Of a stretch of DNA of 64,000 nucleotides, positions 1-9,331 are shown piece after piece. The notes under the pieces were generated by a model. That model ran no database searches, was not told the DNA's origin, and saw only the letters and a program-made list of their open reading frames with translations. Origin of the DNA: an uncultured Candidatus Rokubacteria bacterium (lineage in GTDB: Bacteria; Methylomirabilota; Methylomirabilia; Rokubacteriales; CSP1-6); contig CAVXJS010000009.1 in NCBI GenBank assembly GCA_963762145.1, positions 416,001 through 480,000 on the forward strand, in the 5' to 3' direction. Positions within the stretch are counted from its first letter, which is position 1, and every line of letters starts with the position of its first letter. A program made the translations under genes and the position numbers.

Positions 1-4
1 TCCG

Positions 5-1252
5 ATGACGGGCGCGGTGCTCGCGCTCGGCATCACCCAGATCACCGCCTGGGGGACGAGCTACTACTGTCTCGGCGTGCTGGCGGGGCCGATCAGCCGG
101 GACACCGGCTGGAGCCGGGGCTTCGTCTTCCTCGGCTTCACGGTGGCCCTGCTCGCCATGGGGATCGTCTCGAACGCGGTGGGCCGGGCCATCGACCGGC
201 ACGGCGGGCGCGCGGTCATGACGCTCGGCACCGTCCTCGTGTCCGCGGGCCTGTTCGGCCTCGCGCATGTCCGGAGCGAGGCGACGTACCTGGCGGTGTG
301 GGTGTTCCTCGGCCTCGGCATGCGGCTCTGCCTCTACGACGCCGCGTTCGCCGCCCTGGTGCAGGTCGTCCCCTCGAGGGGGCGGAAGGCGATCTCCTAC
401 CTCACACTGTTCGGCGCGTTCGCCTCGTCGGTGTTCTGGGTGGTCGGCCACGCCCTGGAAGAGCAGGTGGGCTGGCGACAGACCCTCGTCCTGTTCGCCC
501 TCATCAATTTGGTGGTGTGCCTGCCCCTGCACTGGCTGGGCCTCGCCCGGCGCGAGGACGCCGAGGGCGTCGCCAGGCCGACCGGCGCCCCCTCGGCGTC
601 CCCCGACGGCCCCCCGCTCGAGGGCCGCGCGCGCTCGGTCGCCATCGCGCTCTTCGCCCTCATCATGTCGCTCAACGGGTTCGTGTTCGGCGTCATCTCG
701 GTGCAGCTCGTCCCGCTGCTGGAAGCGGCGGGCCTGGCGACGGCGGCCGCGGTCTGGATCGCCTCGCTGAAGGGCGTCGCCCAGTTCGGCGGGCGGGTGG
801 TCGAGATCGTGTTCGCGCGCAACCTGCGGGCGATCACGGTGGGCCGCATCGCGATCGGCGTGCTGCCTCCGTCCCTGCTCCTGCTGCTGCTCGGCACCGG
901 AAGCCTGCCGATGGTCCTGGCGTTCACGCTGGTCATGGGCGCGTCCCAGGGCGTCATCACCATCATCCGGGGCGCGGTGCCGCTGGCGCTGTTCGGCGCG
1001 AAGGGCTACGGCGCGGTGCTCGGCGCCATCGCCACGCCGGTGCTCGTCGTCAGCGCGGCCTCGCCCACCGCCTTCGCCTGGATCGTGGACCGCTGGGGCT
1101 GGGGGACGGCGCGCGTGGTGCTCCTGGTGAGCTGCTCCGCCGCGTGGCTCGCGATGGAGCTGATGTCGCGCTGGTACGAGCGCCAGCGCGGGGCCGACTC
1201 ACCGCGGGCGGAACCGCCGCCTGAGCCGCCGCCCCGCCGAGGCCAGCGCTGA
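5..1252 (+). CDS. MFS transporter (may extend beyond window start)
   Basis: About 12 hydrophobic helices; MFS motif A GRAIDRHGGR. Confidence 0.9.
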   Translation: MTGAVLALGITQITAWGTSYYCLGVLAGPISRDTGWSRGFVFLGFTVALLAMGIVSNAVGRAIDRHGGRAVMTLGTVLVSAGLFGLAHVRSEATYLAVWVFLGLGMRLCLYDAAFAALVQVVPSRGRKAISYLTLFGAFASSVFWVVGHALEEQVGWRQTLVLFALINLVVCLPLHWLGLARREDAEGVARPTGAPSASPDGPPLEGRARSVAIALFALIMSLNGFVFGVISVQLVPLLEAAGLATAAAVWIASLKGVAQFGGRVVEIVFARNLRAITVGRIAIGVLPPSLLLLLLGTGSLPMVLAFTLVMGASQGVITIIRGAVPLALFGAKGYGAVLGAIATPVLVVSAASPTAFAWIVDRWGWGTARVVLLVSCSAAWLAMELMSRWYERQRGADSPRAEPPPEPPPRRGQR

Positions 1253-2755
1253 AGGAAGCTTCCCCCGCCGCCACTGATCGGAAGGCTCTTCGAGGGCGGC
1301 CGCGTCCGCGCCGTCGGGATCGGCAGGATCGAACGGCAGGCTCTGTGGATCGAGCCACTCCATCGCCGCGCGCTGGCCGGGGCTCGGTGGGCCGTGGCGG
1401 CGCAGGCGCGACTGGTCAGCCAAGGCATCCAGCCGGCCCACCAGCCCCGGCATCGGGCCGAACGCCTCCAGGGCGCCCCGGTGCTGGCCACTATGCTCGG
1501 CGAGGAGGCTGACTCGGATATCTCGGATGCTGGCACCCAACTCCGACGAGGCATCGTCGGCACCCGTCTCCCAGCTCGCATGCAGCTCGCTGTCGACACC
1601 CATGCTCCGATTCGTCAGGTTGGCGGACCCGACGCTCAAGAAGCGATCGTCGACGATCAGGAGCTTGGAGTGGATGTAGGTCGCCGGGAAGGCTTCCGCC
1701 TTGCCCTCGGGACGGGACCAGTAGAGCCCCAAGGGATGCCCGGTCGCGCCGGCCACCTCGCGGAGCTTCTCGAGGATCTCCGCCTGTCGAAGCCCTACCG
1801 CGAGCTCCTCCTTCATGGCTTCGGCCCGCTCGTTCACGATCACCACGATCTCCAGCTTCGGACGACCGGCGGCCTGCATGCGGGCCACGAGGGCGCGGAA
1901 TATCCGCCGGCTGCTGAAGTACTGGGTCTCCGCGTACACGCACTGCTCCGCGGCATCGATCGCATCGACGAGAAGCTCCTCGACCTCCCGCACACCCTTG
2001 GGCCGCCGGGGGTCGGTGCGGCTCAGGGCGACCGCCCCGCCCGGCAACGGCAGCAATCCCTCCGGCCGCTCGAAGCACGGCGACTCCGGAGCCGGCGACA
2101 GGACGAGTCGGTCGCCGCCGGCGCGAGCCCAGCGCTCGCCGAACAGCTCTACGAGGGCGGTGGGCGCGTCGCCTCCGGCCAGGAATGCCTGCACCTCATG
2201 ATAGGGTTTCTGCGGTCGCCCACGGCTGTACCGGAGTGGGTGCTCGGCGAGGTGCCGCCGATCGTCCCAGCGCGCCTCGCACACGTCCATGCCGCCGAGA
2301 AAGGCCACCGCGCCGTCGATGACAATGAACTTCTGGTGGTGCGACCCTCCGTCGACCTCGCACGTGTCGAAACGAAAATGCAGGCGCGCGTTGGTCATCC
2401 AGTGAAAGTAGACCCGCTGCCACCATTCGCGCTCGAGGGCCAGCACCGGGTGGAAGTCCCAGGCCAGGAGGTAAATGCGAAGCGTCGGCCTCCGTTCGCA
2501 CAGGCCGTTGAGGAACTTGAGGAAACGCACTTCCTCGCCGGCGGCCACTTCATCCCCGCGCAGGAGGGGCACCCCGCTGTCGAACTGCCAGCCCGACATG
2601 ACGATGTAGTGCTCGGCGCGGCGCGCCGACCGGTAAAAGGCGCGGTAGTAGTCAGCGCCGTCCACCAGGACCCCGGCGGAAGTCGCGCCGGCGATCCGCC
2701 ATGCGTTTCGCGGCGGCTGGATGATCCGCGCTGCTTCCGTCCTCCGTGTCCTCAC
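1199..2755 (-). CDS. Phospholipase D family protein
   Basis: Two HKD motifs: HQKFIVID and HSKLLIVDD..GSAN. Confidence 0.92.
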   Translation of the reverse strand: MRTRRTEAARIIQPPRNAWRIAGATSAGVLVDGADYYRAFYRSARRAEHYIVMSGWQFDSGVPLLRGDEVAAGEEVRFLKFLNGLCERRPTLRIYLLAWDFHPVLALEREWWQRVYFHWMTNARLHFRFDTCEVDGGSHHQKFIVIDGAVAFLGGMDVCEARWDDRRHLAEHPLRYSRGRPQKPYHEVQAFLAGGDAPTALVELFGERWARAGGDRLVLSPAPESPCFERPEGLLPLPGGAVALSRTDPRRPKGVREVEELLVDAIDAAEQCVYAETQYFSSRRIFRALVARMQAAGRPKLEIVVIVNERAEAMKEELAVGLRQAEILEKLREVAGATGHPLGLYWSRPEGKAEAFPATYIHSKLLIVDDRFLSVGSANLTNRSMGVDSELHASWETGADDASSELGASIRDIRVSLLAEHSGQHRGALEAFGPMPGLVGRLDALADQSRLRRHGPPSPGQRAAMEWLDPQSLPFDPADPDGADAAALEEPSDQWRRGKLPSALASAGRRLRRRFRPR

Positions 2756-2826
2756 CGTGAGCCGGCCCCTTCGTGGCTCACGCGAGCCCGATCCCTAATC
2801 CTTGCACGCAACGACCCACCGTCTCG

Positions 2827-3474
2827 TCAGTAAGTAGCCGCCCGAGATGGCCACCAGGGCAGGACGCTCGCACGCGCGGCCGTCGGGACTCGGGCGAGGG
2901 CTGCGACCAGGTCCGGATCGGTCGCCAGGTCGTGCACGGCCCGGGCAAGCGCGGTCTCCAGGACCTCCCGCCATTGGCTCTCGTCGGGCTTGTCGACCTC
3001 TCGCCTCTTGATCCCGACGTAGCGTCGGGTCAGGAGGGTCTCCCCCGTACGCCCGTCGGCCACGGTCAAGACGATGACAACCTTCCCGACATACTGCAAG
3101 CTCGAATATCCATCGAGGGCATCGAGCCAGAACGCCTCCACGACCGTCGTGAGCACCACGTCTGGCCGGTCGGACACGACGGCGTGACCGTTCTTGCTCA
3201 CCTCGATGCCGAGCGCGTCCTGCACGATCTCGGCGACGGGCCGGCTCGTGACGAGGTCCCCGCCGCCCCTCGGCCTGCTCCCGACGCGCGCGGTCTCGAT
3301 CCGGCGATCGACGACAGGGCCGATCTGCACCCGCCGCGGGGCTGCCGACGCAAGCAGGGCTCTGTTCGCTCCCTGCTCGGGATAGCGAACATCGAGCGCG
3401 GTGCTGGTCGCGCACCCGTTGAACGCCAGCCCGGCGAGGACGATCGAGATCCGTGCGAGCTGTCGTGGTGTCAC
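2827..3474 (-). CDS. Lipoprotein (YajG-like)
   Basis: GTG at 3474 overlaps the upstream TGA (GTGA); lipobox-like FNGC after a hydrophobic stretch. Confidence 0.7.
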   Translation of the reverse strand: MTPRQLARISIVLAGLAFNGCATSTALDVRYPEQGANRALLASAAPRRVQIGPVVDRRIETARVGSRPRGGGDLVTSRPVAEIVQDALGIEVSKNGHAVVSDRPDVVLTTVVEAFWLDALDGYSSLQYVGKVVIVLTVADGRTGETLLTRRYVGIKRREVDKPDESQWREVLETALARAVHDLATDPDLVAALARVPTAARASVLPWWPSRAATY

Positions 3475-4151
3475 CGGCCGGCACTCCGTGCATACATCAG
3501 CTCGCTGGCCAGGCGCTGGCCTGCCCTCTCCAGCACGTCGACCATCTCCTGCCGGGCGAAGTTCGGATCCTTCATGAACGCGCCGGCCGGAAATGGTTCT
3601 GGAGAGGTGACGTCCTGGCTCTCCTCCCACACGATGACCCCCGTTCCCGACTGCGCCATGTGGCCGCGCACGTCCGCGAAACCCGCGAGAAGATCGGGAT
3701 CGCCGTCGCGGACCCTCACGAGTCCCCAGGTAGGCACCATCACGCGCACGACCGCGTCGTCCCGGCGCCGATCCTCGGCGGATTGCTCCCGCTCGAGAGT
3801 GCGGATCTCCTCGAACCAGCCACTCGCTCCGAGCCTTCGGGCCATGGCCGCGGCGACGACCGTCTGCGGCGAGATGCCATCGACGCTGCGAGCAATCGTG
3901 GCCCTCTGGTCGAGGGCGAGCGCCCAGTTTATGCCTTGATGAACCAGCTTGGCGAGGGGCCGCATCCAGGCCTTGGTCGGGTACCAGGCCATGATCTCGT
4001 CGAACGTGCGGCCGGGTTCGGCGTTGTGCTCCAAGACGGAAAGAGAGCTCTCACCTGTGACGACGATGGTGAGCCGCCGGACGTCGTCGAACGGACGCGC
4101 CGTGGGTCGCGCAGGAGGGGCGGAGGCACACCCCGAGAGAGACAGCACCAC
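3471..4151 (-). CDS. Hypothetical lipoprotein (start uncertain, frame open further upstream)
   Basis: Lipobox LSGC after LLAIVVL; coupled to the next gene. Confidence 0.7.
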   Translation of the reverse strand: MVLSLSGCASAPPARPTARPFDDVRRLTIVVTGESSLSVLEHNAEPGRTFDEIMAWYPTKAWMRPLAKLVHQGINWALALDQRATIARSVDGISPQTVVAAAMARRLGASGWFEEIRTLEREQSAEDRRRDDAVVRVMVPTWGLVRVRDGDPDLLAGFADVRGHMAQSGTGVIVWEESQDVTSPEPFPAGAFMKDPNFARQEMVDVLERAGQRLASELMYARSAGR

Positions 4152-4238
4152 GATGGCGAGCAGGCCGGAGAGGGCGCGCCACCGCCGGCTTTCTCGGTTT
4201 CCCGGTCGAGTCTCGATGATTGAATTTCTCCCCGGAGT

Positions 4239-4272
4239 GGCTCTCTTCCGCCCGATCGGGCGGAAGAGAGCC
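4239..4272. terminator. Perfect 34-bp palindrome, probable terminator hairpin
   Basis: GGCTCTCTTCCGCCCGA/TCGGGCGGAAGAGAGCC just downstream of the stop at 4284. Confidence 0.6.
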
Positions 4273-4283
4273 GGTCCCTGGCG

Positions 4284-4643
4284 CTATCGCCCCTTTACCT
4301 TGACGTTTTGCGCGACCATCTTGCCGTCGCGAGCCACGTAGCTGACGGTGACCGCGTCGCCCTCCCGAAGCTCGGTCACTGGCCGCGTCTTGCCGTCCGC
4401 GTCGATGCGAGTGTTTCCATCGAACGCGAATGCCCACTCCCGGTCTTTCTGACCTTCCTCGTGCCCGACAAGGACAAACCCCTTGTCAGTGGCGGTCTTC
4501 ACCGACCCCGTGACACTTCGCGTGCCCATCTTCGACGGGTCCTCGCGCGTCGCGGCCGGGCCGGGCTTTGGCTGCTGCCCGATGGCCGGCGATCCAGACC
4601 ACACGAGCGCGAAAGCCAGCGCCGCCACCACTACACCACGCAT
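4284..4643 (-). CDS. Small exported OB-fold (DUF5666-like) protein
   Basis: Signal peptide MRGVVVAALAFALVW; VTGSVK...LREGDAVTVSY pattern. Confidence 0.7.
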   Translation of the reverse strand: MRGVVVAALAFALVWSGSPAIGQQPKPGPAATREDPSKMGTRSVTGSVKTATDKGFVLVGHEEGQKDREWAFAFDGNTRIDADGKTRPVTELREGDAVTVSYVARDGKMVAQNVKVKGR

Positions 4644-4648
4644 GGCGC

Positions 4649-5176
4649 TCAGCGGCCTCGGTGAGTCGTCGCGGTGCGATCGCTGCCCCACTCCCGATCG
4701 AAGTACTCGCGGTCTTCGGGTGTGCGGGGCTTCACTCCCATGAGAATGCCGCCCTCCTTCAGCCCGCTCTCATACTCCTTGACGCGCTCTTCTGGAATGC
4801 CCGCGCCGACCAGGGCACCGATCCCGCCCCCCACGACGGCCCCGGCTCCGGCCCCTGCCAGTGCGGCCGCGATCGGCCCGGCGACAAGCAGGCCCAACCC
4901 CGGCACGGCGACCGTTGCCGCCACCGCGATGGCCGCAAGAGCGCCTCCCGCGACCGCGCCGACGCCGCCCCCGACTCCCGCGCCTTCCAGAGCCTTGTTC
5001 CCGAGCTCGGTGGTCACGCCAGCGCCAAAGTGCCGCTTCCGACCTTCTTCGGTCATCATCACGTTGATATCCTTCGCGTCGTAACCGCGTGCGAGAGTCG
5101 CCTCGTACTCACGCTCGGCGCTGTCACGGTCTGTGAAGAGTCGCGTTGCGAGATAGTCCCTGTCCTGGTCAGCCAT
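4649..5176 (-). CDS. General stress protein (glycine-zipper membrane hairpin)
   Basis: AAGGAG RBS; Gly/Ala hairpin followed by GIPEERVKEYESGLKEGGILMGV. Confidence 0.85.
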   Translation of the reverse strand: MADQDRDYLATRLFTDRDSAEREYEATLARGYDAKDINVMMTEEGRKRHFGAGVTTELGNKALEGAGVGGGVGAVAGGALAAIAVAATVAVPGLGLLVAGPIAAALAGAGAGAVVGGGIGALVGAGIPEERVKEYESGLKEGGILMGVKPRTPEDREYFDREWGSDRTATTHRGR

Positions 5177-5246
5177 GTCTTCTCCTTCGGGTGTTGGTGG
5201 ATGATTGAGTCGTTACGAGATTGGCGGCACTTGCACTTCGGTATAC

Positions 5247-5261
5247 GCATACGACGTGCCG
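5247..5261 (-). promoter_or_regulatory. Putative sigma54 -24/-12 promoter
   Basis: Minus strand CGGCACGTCGTATGC (GG-N10-GC), about 70 bp upstream of 5176. Confidence 0.55.
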
Positions 5262-5428
5262 TTGCTCGACACGGTGGGACCCAGATCCCAAGGGGCGACA
5301 GCGTCGTTGCGCGGAGACCTCGGGTCGCCGAAGGCTCCGGGTCGGTCCTTACGACTCGGTAAGTTCGCGGAACTCTAAGGCGGGCACATCAGGCGCGGGG
5401 GTGGAACACCTTCAACTGCGAAGCAGAA

Positions 5429-6586
5429 TCAGCGAAGGACGTCTCGGGTGGAGGTGAGGAGAACGCACGTGCAGCCGGTCTCGCTCCAGACATGCTGATC
5501 GCCGGTGCCGGGCTCTGCCCGATTGTAATCCCCAGGAGAGAGTGTCTTGTCGTCTATCATCAGCTCGCCGTCCAGCAGATACAATTCCTCGACTCCGGCA
5601 TGGCGATGTGGCGGATACGCAGCCCCCGGGGCGAGTCGCACGAGCATGCCGACGCGGTCTTTCTCTGCGTCCGTCGCGAGTAGTTTGCAGGAGATGCCGA
5701 TCGCCACTTCTTCCCATTCTGATTCAGGCGGTCCGGATGGCGCCGCCGGCACCGACTCCTGGCTCTGCTCCGTGGCGATTCGCTGCGCAAGCCGTTCCCA
5801 GAGCACTCCAGAGGGATGCGCCACACTGTCGTCGATGCGTTCATGCCGCGGTTCGAACCCCAGCCGGTCAATCGCTCTGGCGCGCGCCTGCTTCATGATC
5901 CATCCGACAACGGACCCGCCCGCAGGATCGTACGCCCACGCGCGTCGCCGTATATCGTGGAACACATCGCCCATGAGATCTTCGGCGGTTTCTCGATTAT
6001 TGGTGATCCGCGCGATCAAGGTAAAGACGATTCGATGCATTCGCGTGTACAGCACCTGCAGCGCCGACTGGTCGCCACCGGCGATGGACCGGACGAGTCC
6101 GGCCCATTCCTTCTCAGACACGAGCGCCTTTGCTGATCCATTGGCATAGAGCAGATCGCCCAGTGTGAGCGTCTCGCGGTCTGGCGGGAACGTCATCATC
6201 GTCTGCGGCAGCGCTGACATGAGCGCGGCGCGACGAGCCATCAGGTCGCGGATCGCGGGCACCAGCATGTCTTTGATCACAACCTTGTTCACGAAGACAT
6301 CCGCGCCGCTGTCGGGCGCCACGAGCCGGTAGTCGGGGTGGGAGCTCATGAGGATGACCCCGGTGTGGGGCAGCTCTCGCCGGATGCGCTTCGTCAGCTC
6401 GACTCCATTGAGGTTGGGCATCACGAGATCCGTGACCACGATGTCCGGCCGCTCGCGGCGCACGATGGCGAGCCCTTCCTCCCCATCAGCCGCCTCACCG
6501 ACGATCTTCATCTCGGACGCTGGTGCGAGGAGGTAGCGGACAAGCTCGCGATACTCCGCGGAGTCGTCGACGACGACGATGGTCAA
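5429..6586 (-). CDS. Fusion of response-regulator receiver, ECF sigma region 2 and ChrR-type cupin
   Basis: VVDD..TDLVMP..NK receiver; GDQSAL..TAEDL..GWIMKQARARAIDRL sigma2; YPPHRHAGVEELYLLDGEL cupin. Confidence 0.85.
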   Translation of the reverse strand: MTIVVVDDSAEYRELVRYLLAPASEMKIVGEAADGEEGLAIVRRERPDIVVTDLVMPNLNGVELTKRIRRELPHTGVILMSSHPDYRLVAPDSGADVFVNKVVIKDMLVPAIRDLMARRAALMSALPQTMMTFPPDRETLTLGDLLYANGSAKALVSEKEWAGLVRSIAGGDQSALQVLYTRMHRIVFTLIARITNNRETAEDLMGDVFHDIRRRAWAYDPAGGSVVGWIMKQARARAIDRLGFEPRHERIDDSVAHPSGVLWERLAQRIATEQSQESVPAAPSGPPESEWEEVAIGISCKLLATDAEKDRVGMLVRLAPGAAYPPHRHAGVEELYLLDGELMIDDKTLSPGDYNRAEPGTGDQHVWSETGCTCVLLTSTRDVLR

Positions 6587-6745
6587 AGAAATAATCCGCT
6601 CCTGGCGCGACGAGATGGCCGTGGGGTCAAGTTACATCAGAGCCGAGGGGACTTCTACGTTCCTTTGGAGGCCCGGGGACCATGGTCGTACCCGGTGGGA
6701 ATAATCTTCCCACCGATGAGCTCCCCCATCGCCGGCGACCTTTGA

Positions 6746-7762
6746 TCACGGCATCTTCCCGGTCAGCTTCAGCTGCCGCCCTGCCCGCAATACCGTCACG
6801 GAGATCGGCGCGCCTTTCTCGAGACGACTCGTGCGTTCGCGAATCTTGGTCAGGTCATCGATCGTCTTCACCACGACGCCCTCGACGCTGAGGATGATAT
6901 CGCCTCCCACGACCAAGGGCTGATCGTCGACAGTGGCTTTCCGGCGCCCTCCTTTGATCCCCATCGCCTCGCCGGGCGATCCCTTGGCCACGGTCTTGAC
7001 CAGGAACCCGCCCGTCTTTGGAGGAAGATTGAATAGATCCGACAACTCATCGGAGAGCAGCTGGCCCTCCAGACCTGACCATATCGAAGGACGTTCCAGG
7101 AGTAGCTGCTTCGCCGTATTTATCGTCACGACGAACCCGAGCCCCTCACTGCCGCCACTCTTGGAAATGACGTGGCTGACGATCCCGATGACCTCGCCTC
7201 CCATGTTGAACATCGGGCCGCCCGAGTTCCCGGTGTTGATGCTGGCATCAGTCTGGAAGAATTCCGCCAGGGGGATCGCTTTGTAGACCGTGCTCGGTGC
7301 CCAACGACCTCCGATCCAACCCACGCTGAGCGTATGCCGGAGCCCATAAGGTGCCCCGACGACCATCACCTGCTCACCGACTCGGACCGTATCGGAATTG
7401 GCGAGCTTTGCGGCGCCTACATTTGGCGGGACCGGATTCAGCTGGAGAAGACACAAATCCGCGGCAAGCTCCAAGGCCACCACCCGGGCGGCGACCGTTC
7501 GGCCCCCGAGGAACTGCACTTCGATTCCCTCGGCCCCGTGCGCCAAGTGAGCCGCCGTCAGAACCTTCCCGTCGTCCGAGATCACAACGCCGGACCCGAC
7601 GTCACTGGACCTCGCGTCTGCTGCCGGCGTTCCCTTTGCCCGGACCACCACCACGCTTGGAGCGACCTTGCCGAACAGGTCCGCAACGTTTTGTGCTTCC
7701 GCGACCCCCAACGCCAGCGTCAATATCGCGACGCTTACCGCTGAGGTGCCAAGAGCTCCCAT
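6746..7762 (-). CDS. HtrA/DegP-like serine protease with PDZ domain
   Basis: Signal peptide; TAAH, ADL and GNSGG triad motifs; C-terminal PDZ (GDIILSV). Confidence 0.92.
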   Translation of the reverse strand: MGALGTSAVSVAILTLALGVAEAQNVADLFGKVAPSVVVVRAKGTPAADARSSDVGSGVVISDDGKVLTAAHLAHGAEGIEVQFLGGRTVAARVVALELAADLCLLQLNPVPPNVGAAKLANSDTVRVGEQVMVVGAPYGLRHTLSVGWIGGRWAPSTVYKAIPLAEFFQTDASINTGNSGGPMFNMGGEVIGIVSHVISKSGGSEGLGFVVTINTAKQLLLERPSIWSGLEGQLLSDELSDLFNLPPKTGGFLVKTVAKGSPGEAMGIKGGRRKATVDDQPLVVGGDIILSVEGVVVKTIDDLTKIRERTSRLEKGAPISVTVLRAGRQLKLTGKMP

Positions 7763-8441
7763 TCTCGCGAACTCCTTTTGGTCCTGCGTTCCGTGCCCTA
7801 GCCGACTATGGGCCGACCTGCAGGGAAACGATTACTCGGTAGCAACGATGCGCCAGGACTGGATTCAAAGCGCCCCGTTCATGGCGAGACTGCTTTCTCT
7901 AGTATTTGCTTGCGGCCTGCGTACTAGAGCAAGGCCGGTGCCATGCAGGGGAGGGGCTTGGCAGTCCTGGGTCGCGAACGAGGCGCTTACGTCTTGGCGC
8001 ACGAGGACGCCATGGAGTCTGGCGTGAGTGAACATACATCCCCGGTGGATAGCGGCACTTGATTCCGTCGCGGAGAAACAGGGTTCGCCTGCTCACAACG
8101 ATCCGGTCCGGGTGGACTTCGTTGAGAGGACCGACCTCGACGGACTGCTCCGAGGGGCGGCACTCCAGGCAAGATGGACTTCCTACAACCGACGCAGATA
8201 GGATTCGGTTTCGGAGTTGTCATCGGGCAACGTAGGACAAACGCTGTGCCGCGCCGACCGGTACTTCTCTCCGCCGTGCGAGGTTGAAGCGGCCGAACCT
8301 CCCGCAGTACGCGGTAAACCCGTTACGACGGTTGACTCCTTCGGCCTAGACGGACGCCTTCCCGCTCATCCAATCCGACGCCCTGAGCCTAGACGGGTCG
8401 CGGATGCCAGGTTGACTCTGGTGAACCCTTCCCCGGCACAA

Positions 8442-8456
8442 CGGCACAGCCCTTGC
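8442..8456 (+). promoter_or_regulatory. Putative sigma54 promoter
   Basis: CGGCACAGCCCTTGC, 42 bp upstream of ATG 8499. Confidence 0.65.
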
Positions 8457-8498
8457 TGCTTGACCTAGATACACGAAGCGACACAAAAGGAGAACAGC

Positions 8499-8756
8499 AT
8501 GGGAATCATCGCCTGGATCGTCTTCGGTCTGATCGTCGGTATCGTTGCGAAGTTTCTCATGCCGGGAAGAGATCCGGGAGGCTTCGTCGTCACGATCCTT
8601 CTCGGTATCGTGGGGGCCATCGTCGGCGGCTTCCTTGGCCGCCTCGTCGGCTGGTATGGCCCAGGGGATCCAGTCGGATTCGTCATGGCCGTCCTGGGAG
8701 CGATTGCACTGCTGATCGCGTACCGGCTGATCGCGCGTAGAACTCGACAGGCCTGA
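8499..8756 (+). CDS. GlsB/YeaQ/YmgE family stress-response membrane protein
   Basis: MGIIAWIVFGLIVGIVAKFLMPGRDPGG signature; AAGGAG RBS. Confidence 0.95.
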   Translation: MGIIAWIVFGLIVGIVAKFLMPGRDPGGFVVTILLGIVGAIVGGFLGRLVGWYGPGDPVGFVMAVLGAIALLIAYRLIARRTRQA

Positions 8757-8792
8757 GCGGATGCTCCGACGCTCGTCCTTTGAAGCCGGCCG

Positions 8793-9245
8793 TTGACGCG
8801 ACGTCCGTTCCTATTGTTGCTGATGGGCCTTGCGCTATCCTCGTGCGCCTCCGCCGACCGGCCGTCGGTCACGCTGGCCAGCGTGACGCTCGCGGGGCTG
8901 AGCCTGTTCGAGCAACGGTTCGTGACCACTCTCCGCGTTCAGAATCCTTCGAATGCCGAGCTTGCGTTCGAGGGGATCAGCGTGGAGGTCGAGCTCAATG
9001 GAAAGACCTTCGCCCGCGGCGTCAGCCCGACTCCTATGGTCGTCCGAGCTTATGGACAAGACCTTATCCGGGTCGAGACAATCAGCACTACACCTGACAT
9101 CGTGCGCCAGTTCCGGAGTCTGGCCGGACTCGGAGATCTGAAGATTCACTACCGCCTCAAGGGCCAACTACAGCCGCGGGGGCGGCTCGATGTCCTCCCG
9201 TTTCACGACAAGGGCGTCATTTCCCTGAAGGACCTCGGCCCGTGA
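8793..9245 (+). CDS. LEA type 2 (WHy domain) lipoprotein
   Basis: Lipobox LSSC; LFEQRF..LRVQNP..ELNGKTFARGVS. Confidence 0.88.
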   Translation: MTRRPFLLLLMGLALSSCASADRPSVTLASVTLAGLSLFEQRFVTTLRVQNPSNAELAFEGISVEVELNGKTFARGVSPTPMVVRAYGQDLIRVETISTTPDIVRQFRSLAGLGDLKIHYRLKGQLQPRGRLDVLPFHDKGVISLKDLGP

Positions 9246-9262
9246 TCGACCCCCGCGGGTAA

Positions 9263-9286
9263 GGGCGACGACCGCAGTCGTCGCCC
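9263..9286. terminator. Hairpin between convergent genes
   Basis: GGGCGACGAC-CGCA-GTCGTCGCCC. Confidence 0.6.
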
Positions 9287-9331
9287 CTGACTTCGCGATG
9301 GTGTCCAGGCGCCGTCAGCGCTGCTCGACCA

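Noticed and set aside
7800-8440. Small CxxC ORF (7987-8223) or ncRNA
   Set aside because: No convincing RBS, family motif or recognisable RNA structure
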